Program-made: the position numbers and the translations under genes | In this document: positions 17,800-26,191 of the stretch, one piece after another | Numbering within the stretch: the stretch's first letter is position 1 | Layout: each line of letters starts with the position of its first letter | Assembly (NCBI GenBank): GCA_024653575.1 | Contig: JANLIJ010000161.1 | Coordinates: forward strand, 1 to 38,398 | DNA: 38,398 nucleotides | From: Candidatus Kaiserbacteria bacterium | Lineage (GTDB): Bacteria; Patescibacteriota; Minisyncoccia; Phycocordibacterales; UBA918 | Direction of reading: 5' to 3' | The notes under the pieces: model-generated | Seen by the model: the letters and a program-made list of their open reading frames with translations, nothing else | Databases searched by the model: none | What the model was told of the DNA's origin: nothing

Positions 17800-20381
17800 A
17801 CACACTACGCGCTGTCTTTATAATTTTTACATTATTGCTCATAGCACCGAGTGTGTCGTTTGCTTCAGGAGGGACAATAACTTATACAGATTCTTCAGGA
17901 TTAAATCCACGATCATCACCAGCGTACGTAGGTGGGTATGTTGTTGAGACTTTTAACTCATCTGGTTCCTTTGTTATAAATACAATCCTAAGTAATGTGG
18001 AATACTTAGTTGTAGGGGGTGGTGGAGGGGGTGGTGGAGGCTTTGGAATTAGTTCTGGCGGTGGGGCAGGTGGATTGTTATCTGGGACAATCGTCTCATT
18101 GCCTGTTGGTGTTTATCCAATCACAATAGGTTCAGGAGGAGTAATGACAAATAATGGAGAGAATTCATCAGCATTAGGTTTTGTCACGAATGGAGGTGGT
18201 GCTGGAGGAGGCAGTTCATCAGCATTATCTGGGGGGTCAGGCGGTGGAGGTGGCCCATACGTTGGGTATTCCGCTCCCGGTACTGGTATCGCAGGTCAGG
18301 GTAACTCAGGTGGAACTGGGGCAACGGGTATGGGGGTAAACGGTTGTGCCGGGGGAGGTGGCGCTGGTGGTGTTGGAAGTAATGCTAAATGGATTGGCGG
18401 AACTGGTATTGGGGGTCCGGGTTCAGCTTCGTCAATTAGTGGTATCTTAACTTATTATGCTGGTGGCGGTGGTGGCTGTTCATACCAAGGGGGAATAGGT
18501 GGCGGTGGTTCTGGAGCGACTCCAGGCGTCAATGGGACTGGTGGTGGTGGAGCATCTCTCACTTCAGGTGGTTCTGGGATTGTTATTATACGATATCGAT
18601 ATAGCATTGATCTCGGAACAATTAATGTTTCATCAAATCTATCTGGTGCCTCATGGACAATTACTGGACCTGAGACCATAACAGGAAATGGGACATCTCA
18701 GACAAATTCAAATAAACCAGTTGGGACATACACGATTATGTGGGGTAGTGTGCCAGGGTATACTACTCCTGCAACGCAGAGTTTTACACTCACGTCAGGT
18801 AATACGATTAATTTCAGTGGGAGTTACATTTCAACATTGGCTGATCTTACCGCAGGACCTGTTACACCATTAACAACTCCCGTCAATACACCGACAACAT
18901 TCTCTTCTGCGATAATGAATATTGGAGGAGTGTCCACGAGCGAATTTGGAGGTTCGTGCTTACAGCTCACAATTTCGAGCGATACAAAAAATTATAATAT
19001 GCGTACCGCTGCAGATACCGCAGGATGGGTGGCGGGTCAGCCAATATGTCTGACTGTTAATCCAGGTGTCAGTGTAGGTTCGCTATCAACAGCACAACCA
19101 GCAATGACTACAGGGATCTTTCCGGTTGGTACGAGTATAAATATAGTTAATAGGGGTTCTATCATTGGGGCAGGAGGGAATGGGGGGAGGGGGACAAATC
19201 AAGGGTCAACATTTGTCTCTCCTAATTCTGCTACAAATGGAGAAAACGGAGGCAACGCTCTCTCGCTGAATCTTGATGTGAAGTTAGATAATACTTCGGG
19301 AACAATTCTTGGAGGTGGTGGCGGTGGTGCCGGATCTTGGGCTTACGTAGGTTCATATGGTGGAGGTGGAGGTGGAGGTGCTGGCAGTCTTCCAGGAAGC
19401 GGTGGTTTAAAGGGAAATATCGCAGGTGGTGATTTTTCAAATTGGTGTGTTGGAACAAATGGCTCTGCTGGAAGTACTGGCGGTGGTCTGGGTGGTAATT
19501 CAGCATACCAGTATGGATGTCCATTTAACGCAGGGTACACTCCCTTGTATGGTGGAACTGGAGGAAACTATGGCCAAAACGGTGCAAATACTTATGCAAT
19601 TGCAACCAATATTAATGGGTATGGTGGTTTGGCGGGTACTGCAATTGTGTATAACGGTTTTACCACCAGTGCACTGGTTACTGATTTTTCAAACTTCTTC
19701 CAGGTTGCAACTGCTCCGAATGGTGGTGGTACCGTCATTGATTTACCAGCTACTACAATGAGCCCAGTGAATGCGGGTGATACACGTAATGCAACAGTAT
19801 CACACACCTTCATGTCGGCAGGAACATATTCTATGCGTGCTTGTGCTGACGGTACGACATCTCTTGGTGGAGGAGTAATAACTGAATCTAACGAAACTAA
19901 TAATTGTGGTCCGTGGACAGATATTGTTGTTTCTCCTCCAACACCTCCTAATCCCTGCGCCCTGACGTCCATCAATGATTGCTTCCTCCCCGACACACCC
20001 TCAGGAGGAAATGCAGGTGCGTGTATATCTTTAGGAACATGTAACTACTCCTGCACAAACGGCGCATGGACACAGAATACAAATTCCTGTGTCAACCCAC
20101 CCGAGAACCCCATACTCACCGTCAACAGACGCACCGTGGAGAAAGACGGCACCGTCACCCTCACCTGGGACACGAAGAATGGCAATGAAGCACTCTGTAC
20201 CCTCACCGCATACAGTGAAGGACCGAACCTCATCACCGCAGACGGAGACTCCATAGGCTCACTGAACGCCACTATACCCGCCCGCAGTACGTACACGCTC
20301 TCCTGTCCAAACCCACTCGGTGGAGCACCACTCACGGACACCGTCTCGGTAGACATTGTGCCGGTGGGGGTGGAGACGTAG
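17796..20381 (+). CDS. Secreted glycine-rich adhesin: Gly-rich domain, PEGA-like domain, CARDB domain split by a phage gp38-like polyglycine domain, Cys-rich and Ig-like C-terminus
   Basis: Signal peptide (..SFA-SGG). VEYLVVGGGGGGG...GGSGIVIIRY, GTINVSSN..GTYTI..VPGY, ADLTAG..NIGG and GTYSMRACAD..ITESNETNNC motifs. Confidence 0.85.
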   Translation: MNTLRAVFIIFTLLLIAPSVSFASGGTITYTDSSGLNPRSSPAYVGGYVVETFNSSGSFVINTILSNVEYLVVGGGGGGGGGFGISSGGGAGGLLSGTIVSLPVGVYPITIGSGGVMTNNGENSSALGFVTNGGGAGGGSSSALSGGSGGGGGPYVGYSAPGTGIAGQGNSGGTGATGMGVNGCAGGGGAGGVGSNAKWIGGTGIGGPGSASSISGILTYYAGGGGGCSYQGGIGGGGSGATPGVNGTGGGGASLTSGGSGIVIIRYRYSIDLGTINVSSNLSGASWTITGPETITGNGTSQTNSNKPVGTYTIMWGSVPGYTTPATQSFTLTSGNTINFSGSYISTLADLTAGPVTPLTTPVNTPTTFSSAIMNIGGVSTSEFGGSCLQLTISSDTKNYNMRTAADTAGWVAGQPICLTVNPGVSVGSLSTAQPAMTTGIFPVGTSINIVNRGSIIGAGGNGGRGTNQGSTFVSPNSATNGENGGNALSLNLDVKLDNTSGTILGGGGGGAGSWAYVGSYGGGGGGGAGSLPGSGGLKGNIAGGDFSNWCVGTNGSAGSTGGGLGGNSAYQYGCPFNAGYTPLYGGTGGNYGQNGANTYAIATNINGYGGLAGTAIVYNGFTTSALVTDFSNFFQVATAPNGGGTVIDLPATTMSPVNAGDTRNATVSHTFMSAGTYSMRACADGTTSLGGGVITESNETNNCGPWTDIVVSPPTPPNPCALTSINDCFLPDTPSGGNAGACISLGTCNYSCTNGAWTQNTNSCVNPPENPILTVNRRTVEKDGTVTLTWDTKNGNEALCTLTAYSEGPNLITADGDSIGSLNATIPARSTYTLSCPNPLGGAPLTDTVSVDIVPVGVET

Positions 20382-20448
20382 GTAAACACTTTTGTGTGTA
20401 TTAAAAACGTATCTTATTTCTCGTTTCTCATTTATTATTTAGACACCT

Positions 20449-21657
20449 ATGCAAGTTGCTGATCTTGCTCGTCTTTCGACGAGAGCCTTTAAAACAAATC
20501 CACTCCGTACATGGCTGACGATTCTTGGTATGGGTGTGGGTACTGGTGCTGTCGTGGTGCTCGTGGGACTCGGCTTTGGTTTGCAACAAATCATTTTGGA
20601 ACAGATTGTCTTCGGGGACAGTCTCCTTTCTCTTGGTGTATCCGCAACAGGAGCGAAGAACCTCTCTATCACCGACGATGTTATTCAGAAATTTGAAGAG
20701 AATGAATATATTGAGGACGCAGCACCTCTTGCGCGCTATCCAGCACTTATTACCTATAAGGGTCTTACGGGTAACGTGTTCATTCAGGGTGCAGAGCCAG
20801 CGTATCTTCGCTATGCAGGTATAACCGCATCAAACGGTACTGCCTTTGTTGAAGAGGATATTGCAAACGGCAATGAAATAATGCTTTCCCCAGCGGTATT
20901 AAAGCTCTTTGGTGTTGAAGATCCAAAAGCATTTATTGGTCAAGAAGTCACTTTTAGACTCCTCGTTCCCGATACGGAAAACAGTGAACTTATTACAGAG
21001 ATTAATATTGAGAAGAAATATCGAGTGAAGGGAATCACAAAGGAGGAAGGAGTGCTCAATGTACTCATGATGTTGCCTGAACTCAAGAACTATGTCGGGA
21101 TTGAGGAGTACGACAGGGCACAGGTTAAGGTCGTTTCAAACCAATTTCTTGCATTGGCAGAAGAGGAACTCATTAAGGAAGGGTACCGAGTGACAGCACT
21201 TTCAAAGACTGTCGAGCAGGCATCGAAGATTTTTCAGGGAATTCAGGTGGTACTCGCAACATTTGGAGGTATCGCGCTCCTCGTATCCGCAATTGGTATG
21301 TTCAATACTATGACGGTGACGCTCCTCGAGCGGACCAAGGAAATTGGTATCATGAGAACAATTGGTGCTTCTCCAAGTGATATCAAGTCACTCTTCGTTT
21401 CTGAGTCAATTGTTGTTGGTTTTCTCGGGGGAGTGAGTGGGATAGTTATGGGGGTAACTTTGGGATTTGCTGTGAATATCATGTTGAACATTGCAGCGAG
21501 TCAGTTCGGTGGTACCTCGGTAAACCTCTTTTCGTTCCCTGTGTGGTTCCTTCTCTTTATTGCAATATTCTCAGCAGTTGTGGGGTATTTGACCGGAATC
21601 TTCCCAGCCAGAAGAGCCTCATTACTCAATCCACTCGACGCTATTCGCTATGAGTAG
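20449..21657 (+). CDS. ABC transporter permease, MacB/FtsX family (type VII ABC)
   Basis: N-terminal RTWLTILGMGVG TM, a large extracytoplasmic domain, IGMFNTM..ERTKEIGIMRTIGA, three further TMs and a C-terminal PARRASLLNPLDAIRYE. Confidence 0.95.
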   Translation: MQVADLARLSTRAFKTNPLRTWLTILGMGVGTGAVVVLVGLGFGLQQIILEQIVFGDSLLSLGVSATGAKNLSITDDVIQKFEENEYIEDAAPLARYPALITYKGLTGNVFIQGAEPAYLRYAGITASNGTAFVEEDIANGNEIMLSPAVLKLFGVEDPKAFIGQEVTFRLLVPDTENSELITEINIEKKYRVKGITKEEGVLNVLMMLPELKNYVGIEEYDRAQVKVVSNQFLALAEEELIKEGYRVTALSKTVEQASKIFQGIQVVLATFGGIALLVSAIGMFNTMTVTLLERTKEIGIMRTIGASPSDIKSLFVSESIVVGFLGGVSGIVMGVTLGFAVNIMLNIAASQFGGTSVNLFSFPVWFLLFIAIFSAVVGYLTGIFPARRASLLNPLDAIRYE

Positions 21658-21662
21658 CTACC

Positions 21663-21704
21663 TGTGTATAACTCACGCTTTTTCTTATCAACATAACGTA
21701 AAAT
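21663..21704. promoter_or_regulatory. Pair of DnaA-box-like sites plus a TAAAAT -10-like box
   Basis: TGTGTATAA at 21663-21671 (reverse complement TTATACACA, matches TTWTNCACA), TTATCAACA at 21685-21693 (one mismatch) and TAAAAT at 21699-21704. Confidence 0.55.
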
Positions 21705-21731
21705 TGTAGTAAACAAGTTCATATATATTGT

Positions 21732-23576
21732 ATGTCATATAACACAGATCATTTACAGACGGCAGGTAAAATAACTGTGTATACCACACTTATTGGAGTA
21801 GTCGCTTTTGCAGTAATTTTTATTTTCAACATTGGTGAAAATAAAATCAAACAGGCAGATGCGCAGAGCACAGCGACAACTTCTGTTACGGTACTCAACA
21901 CGCCACCAGCATGGACTGCCTCCTCGACAGAGCTCGTTGAGTCTTCACAGGGGAATCCAACAAATGCCGGTGATGTAGTTTCCTGGGTTGCAATTGGTAC
22001 AGACTCAAACAGTGAGCCATATTATCTTCTGATATGTAGTACAAACGCCTCGCCGACACCAAATTCAAGTGCTGCGCCAGCCTGTTCAGCAGGAGTACAG
22101 TGGGCAGTTTCAGCGTCAACCACAAGTGGTACACTTGCAACTGCAGCGACCACAACACTCAGTGCATGGGCTGAGTCAAATGCATGGTACGCGTGGATTT
22201 GTGATGACAACTCAGGAACACCAAGGTGTAGCGCTACGTATACGCAGGGAACAAATGCAACCAACTCTTCTCCATTTGAAGTAAATCACAGACCAGCCTT
22301 CACAATCTTTAACGATAATTCACCGGCTGACCCTGGGCAGACTGTTACCTTCACAAGTACTTCGTCTGATTCAGACACATCTGGTTCACCTGATACTGTT
22401 TTCCTCACAGTCTGTGCAAGCTCTGGATTTAATACAACAACAAATGCGTGTACTGGTACAACGCTTGCCACGTCAACAGTGAGTGTTGCATCCGATGCCA
22501 CAGCTTCATACACAATTGTTATCCCAACACAGGACCAGAACTATAGTGCATTCGGATATGTGACTGACAACCATGGTTTTGAGGCTACTGGCGGTGCTCA
22601 GGATACAGATTCAACTCTATCAGTAAACAATGTGGCGCCGACAGTCTCGGGAGCAACTGTTTCATTGGTACAGGCAACGACAACTGACATTATTCTCACC
22701 ACAGAGTCAGGTGAAACGACAGGCTTTACGCTTTCCTTTACCACAGCAGATAACAATAGTTGTGATGCAGCAGGCGGTGGTCCAGCAGATGAAATTGCAA
22801 GTTATGACTTAAGTGTGTATAGAACACCTACTGGAAATAGTTCTACAACATGTATCGTAGCAGGTGATTATGATGCGAATAACTGCTATACAAGCGCAGT
22901 AGCTACCACAACTTGGAATCTATCATGTACATCAAATGCTGGCACATGCTCAGGCTCTGGGGACACGGACATGACATGGGACTGTACATTCCCACTTTGG
23001 TACATTGCAGATCCAACAGGCAATGCGACGTCCACATTCTATTCAACTGACGAGTGGAGATCTCAGGTTCGTGGGATAGACGACGATTCAGCAATAGGCT
23101 CGTTTGGTGAGAGTTCAGTTGGGGTTGATGTTCAACCACTGCTCGCATTTGCGCTCAATACACTCTCAATTCCATACGGCGCACTTGAACCAGGACAACA
23201 GACTGATCCTCTTATAGCAACGACAACGATTTCTGCTACAGGTAATGTCGGTCTCGATAAGGATGTTCAAGGGGAGTCTATGTGTACGACATATACAACC
23301 GCATCACCATGTGCGCCTTCAGCAACATCAACAATCCCTGAGAGTGAACAGGTATTCGCGACAAGTACCACAAGTTATGCAGCTGGTGTGTCGCTTTCCT
23401 CAACAACCCCTCAGGAAGTTGAAATCAATGTACTCAAGTCAACTTCAACGTCAACACCAGCAACCGCCAATGCCTACTGGGGTATACGAGTCCCAGGCTC
23501 AATTACATTTGCTGGAGATTACACAGGGGAGAATACATTCACTGCAATAATTGGAGAAACTGCTGAGTGGCAGTAA
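21732..23576 (+). CDS. Secreted Thr/Ser/Cys-rich protein with C-terminal WxL/TasA-like module; candidate fibre subunit
   Basis: Hydrophobic N-terminus then ADA-Q cleavage-like site. Its last ~310 aa align with the giant protein C-terminus (NNCY, ADPT, YGAL, GNVGLD, WGIRVP, YTGENTF). Confidence 0.8.
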   Translation: MSYNTDHLQTAGKITVYTTLIGVVAFAVIFIFNIGENKIKQADAQSTATTSVTVLNTPPAWTASSTELVESSQGNPTNAGDVVSWVAIGTDSNSEPYYLLICSTNASPTPNSSAAPACSAGVQWAVSASTTSGTLATAATTTLSAWAESNAWYAWICDDNSGTPRCSATYTQGTNATNSSPFEVNHRPAFTIFNDNSPADPGQTVTFTSTSSDSDTSGSPDTVFLTVCASSGFNTTTNACTGTTLATSTVSVASDATASYTIVIPTQDQNYSAFGYVTDNHGFEATGGAQDTDSTLSVNNVAPTVSGATVSLVQATTTDIILTTESGETTGFTLSFTTADNNSCDAAGGGPADEIASYDLSVYRTPTGNSSTTCIVAGDYDANNCYTSAVATTTWNLSCTSNAGTCSGSGDTDMTWDCTFPLWYIADPTGNATSTFYSTDEWRSQVRGIDDDSAIGSFGESSVGVDVQPLLAFALNTLSIPYGALEPGQQTDPLIATTTISATGNVGLDKDVQGESMCTTYTTASPCAPSATSTIPESEQVFATSTTSYAAGVSLSSTTPQEVEINVLKSTSTSTPATANAYWGIRVPGSITFAGDYTGENTFTAIIGETAEWQ

Positions 23577-23591
23577 AATAAATTTTCTTAA

Positions 23592-23622
23592 AAGAACCCA
23601 CGTTTATACAGCGTGGGTTCTT
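23592..23622 (+). terminator. Stem-loop after the 614-aa gene (terminator or 3' stabiliser)
   Basis: AAGAACCCACG / CGTGGGTTCTT 11-bp perfect stem with only a weak U-tract. Confidence 0.7.
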
Positions 23623-23688
23623 GCGTTTATGGCGCAAGTATTTGATAATTAAGGAACAGATATGACTTCGCATATCTGCATTTACATA

Positions 23689-24615
23689 ATGAAGTTTTTT
23701 CGCTCATTCCTGATTATAATTGCAGTACTTTTTTTTAATGTGCATGCACTGTATGCTGGCTTTGGTGTGACTCCGCCTTATGTATCGAATGTAAGTCTTA
23801 CACGGAATTCAGTATATGAACAAACGATTTATCTTGTGCGCAGTGACCCTACAACAGACCTGAAAGCAACAGTAAGTATTGATGTCCCTGGCGTCAATGA
23901 GTGGTTTGTAATCAATGAAGGAAATGAGTTTGTTTTGCCAAGAGGTGAGCAGAAGGTACCGATGACCGTAAAGGTCACTGTTCCTGACGATGCTGATTTT
24001 AAGCAGTATTCAGGGAACATCAGAATTAAGACAGGCGCAACTGATGACAAAGTACAGGGAGGCGCGGTGAGCATTTCACTCGGTGCACAGATTGATGTTG
24101 ATATCACTGTTATTGATAAAAAGATTAAAGATTTTAAAGTTAGAAAAATTGGTGTCTCAGATCTCAATGAGGGGCATAAGGTTGGGTGGCTCTATTATCC
24201 AGGAAAGATTACTTTTGAGATGTTCATTGAGAACATTGGGAATGTACCAATTGCACCATCTGACGTAGTCTTTAGAATATATGATAAATCAGGAAATGTA
24301 TTACTTGAAGAGGCTCATAAAAAGGGAAAGATTGAACAAGTAGAACCATTTGCCACAAAGTCAGTAATAGCAGAGTTGCCAACCAAGCTTCCTTCAGGAA
24401 GTTACCTTGCGAGGTTTGAAATTAAAAATGGTGATGATACAAAACTGAGTGGTGAGGTCAACCTTAGTGTGCTCCCGTACGGTACACTCCAGACGGCAGG
24501 CTTTGGCTTCCTCGGTCTATCTCTCGCACACAAACTCTCAGTAATAGTTCCAATTTTGTTCTTTATTACAATCCCACTCGCTATCCTCGTTCGTGCAAAA
24601 AGAAGGAGGAGATAG
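23689..24615 (+). CDS. DUF916/DUF3324-like (WxL-interacting, chaperone-like) two-Ig-domain protein with C-terminal membrane anchor
   Basis: Signal peptide MKFFRSF..LYA, then FGVTPP, YSGNIRI..LGAQI, FIENIGNV and LPSGSYLA motifs. C-terminal TM followed by KRRRR. Alternative start at 23662. Confidence 0.7.
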   Translation: MKFFRSFLIIIAVLFFNVHALYAGFGVTPPYVSNVSLTRNSVYEQTIYLVRSDPTTDLKATVSIDVPGVNEWFVINEGNEFVLPRGEQKVPMTVKVTVPDDADFKQYSGNIRIKTGATDDKVQGGAVSISLGAQIDVDITVIDKKIKDFKVRKIGVSDLNEGHKVGWLYYPGKITFEMFIENIGNVPIAPSDVVFRIYDKSGNVLLEEAHKKGKIEQVEPFATKSVIAELPTKLPSGSYLARFEIKNGDDTKLSGEVNLSVLPYGTLQTAGFGFLGLSLAHKLSVIVPILFFITIPLAILVRAKRRRR

Positions 24616-24616
24616 T

Positions 24617-25741
24617 ATGAAAATAAATAATTTCTCGCTACACCTTTGCCTGCTCTTATTGTTTGTGTTGTTTTGTTCTGGTTCGAAAAGTGCACATGCA
24701 CAGATTTCAGTCTCGACAACAACAGTCTTTGTGAGTATTTGTGGTGATTCCCTCATAAACTCTGGAGAAGAGTGCGATGTGCCTGGTGAGGTCGGTTCGT
24801 ACAGCACAACAATTGCAGGAAGACAGTGCGGTACTGAATGTCTCTATGGTCCATACTGTGGTGATGGCATCCTTCAGACAATTCATGCTGAGGTTTGTGA
24901 TGATGCAAATAATATAGATGCTGATTTTTGCGCCGCTGACTGTAGTCGTGAGACTGCGAATAGCGGTGGAGGGTCATCTGGTGGTGGAGGAAGTTCAGGT
25001 AGTGGTGGTCGAGATGCTGTGCTCGGTGACACACAGGTATCAATTCAAGGAAAAGCGTTTTTAAATACAACAGTTACGATACTCATCGACGGGACTTCAG
25101 TTGGAACGGTGCGTACTAACAGTAGAGGAGAATTTCAATTCAACGTTGAGACAGACCCGGGAACAGCATCCTTCGGATTCTGGGCGACAGATTCATCAGG
25201 TACACGTTCACTCACCGTAAATACCACTTTTGACGTGACACAGGGTGCTGTAACGAGTCTTAATGGAATTCTCATTCCACCAACGATACGTGTTTCTAAA
25301 GCAGTTGTGAACCCCGGTGAGGTTGTCACGGTGAGTGGACAGACAATGCCTGACTCTACAGTAGAAGTGGTCGTCGATAGTGGTACAAAGACATTTACGA
25401 CGACATCTGATTCTACCGGTAAGTGGTCACTTGAACTCAATACTGGCTCGTTGTCGGTGAGTGCGCACACACTCAAGGCCAGATTTGTCTCTGGTTCTGG
25501 ATCATTAAAGACCCAGAGCCCCTACGGTACGTCACTTGCACTTTCAGTTGGTGTGGAGGGGAAGGCGACAAATAATTCAGATTTGAATAGAGATGGAAAG
25601 GTTAATCTTATCGACTTCTCGATTCTCATTTTCTGGTGGGGAACACCAGGTGGTAACTCAAACCCGCCAGCGGATATAAATCAAAATGGTAAGGTAGGAC
25701 TTGAAGATTTCTCTATCCTCCTCTTCAATTGGACAGGCTAA
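24617..25741 (+). CDS. Secreted protein: Myxococcus-type Cys-rich repeats (DUF4215-like), Gly/Ser linker, two Ig-like domains, C-terminal dockerin
   Basis: SD AGGAGG at 24604-24609 before ATG 24617. CGDSLINSGEECD and CGDGILQ..EVCDDAN..DFCAADC repeats. Duplicated Ca-binding loops DLNRDGKVNLIDFSIL / DINQNGKVGLEDFSIL. Confidence 0.85.
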   Translation: MKINNFSLHLCLLLLFVLFCSGSKSAHAQISVSTTTVFVSICGDSLINSGEECDVPGEVGSYSTTIAGRQCGTECLYGPYCGDGILQTIHAEVCDDANNIDADFCAADCSRETANSGGGSSGGGGSSGSGGRDAVLGDTQVSIQGKAFLNTTVTILIDGTSVGTVRTNSRGEFQFNVETDPGTASFGFWATDSSGTRSLTVNTTFDVTQGAVTSLNGILIPPTIRVSKAVVNPGEVVTVSGQTMPDSTVEVVVDSGTKTFTTTSDSTGKWSLELNTGSLSVSAHTLKARFVSGSGSLKTQSPYGTSLALSVGVEGKATNNSDLNRDGKVNLIDFSILIFWWGTPGGNSNPPADINQNGKVGLEDFSILLFNWTG

Positions 25742-25743
25742 TC

Positions 25744-25900
25744 GAGTATAAGTATTTAGTATAAGTATGGAGTATACGAAAACACAACCACTAAATGCTA
25801 CGAACCAAACGCTAATCACCAATCACTAAGTGCTAACTCTTATGTATAATTGCAGTCGTTGCCTTTAAATACTGATACTCATACTAAATACTAATACTAA
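25744..25900. repeat. AGTAT / ATACT 6-7-nt periodic inverted repeat
   Basis: AGTATTTAGTAT at 25751-25762 is the reverse complement of ATACTAAATACT at 25881-25892. About 5 units per arm, with an inner CACTAA-like array. Confidence 0.75.
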
Positions 25901-25903
25901 CTT

Positions 25904-25945
25904 TGTGTATAACTTGCTCATAAAAATTTCAGGGTGCGCTAGAAT
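25904..25945 (+). promoter_or_regulatory. DnaA box and TAGAAT -10 box upstream of the structured leader
   Basis: TGTGTATAA at 25904-25912 and TAGAAT at 25940-25945. Confidence 0.55.
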
Positions 25946-25950
25946 GTAAG

Positions 25951-26168
25951 TACGCCTATTGGGGGTACACAATCCATTCATGTGAGGAGTGTGTGTCGCC
26001 GGTTGGACACGTTCATGCCGCAAGTGCTTACAGCCGAGCACTGTCTGGTGGGCGTAGTACATTGATAGTAAACATTAGGGAGGTGGAGACTCTCATGTTT
26101 ACGGAGTGCACAAATATATACTGGAAAGAGCACCAGTTAAGCACTACTCATTATTCAGAGTCAATGTA
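25951..26168 (+). ncRNA. Putative structured 5' leader / ncRNA with two multibranch domains
   Basis: At least eight short stems, largely compatible with one another, several with G-U pairs (see findings). No family recognised. Confidence 0.6.
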
Positions 26169-26191
26169 TTGATTAATACAACGTAAAGCCT

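Noticed and set aside
17796-20381. Diversity-generating retroelement target or prophage tail gene
   Set aside because: No reverse transcriptase, no template/variable repeat pair differing at adenines and no phage structural genes seen. The protein has a signal peptide and cellular Ig-like domains.
15877-21657. Macrolide efflux pump (macAB) or lipoprotein sorting (lolCDE) assignment
   Set aside because: Family motifs fit, but no MacA, TolC or LolA partner is present and the context is surface proteins, so no gene symbol was assigned.
21663-21704. Replication origin (oriC)
   Set aside because: Only one or two boxes per site in short intergenic gaps, with no dnaA/dnaN context or clear unwinding element.
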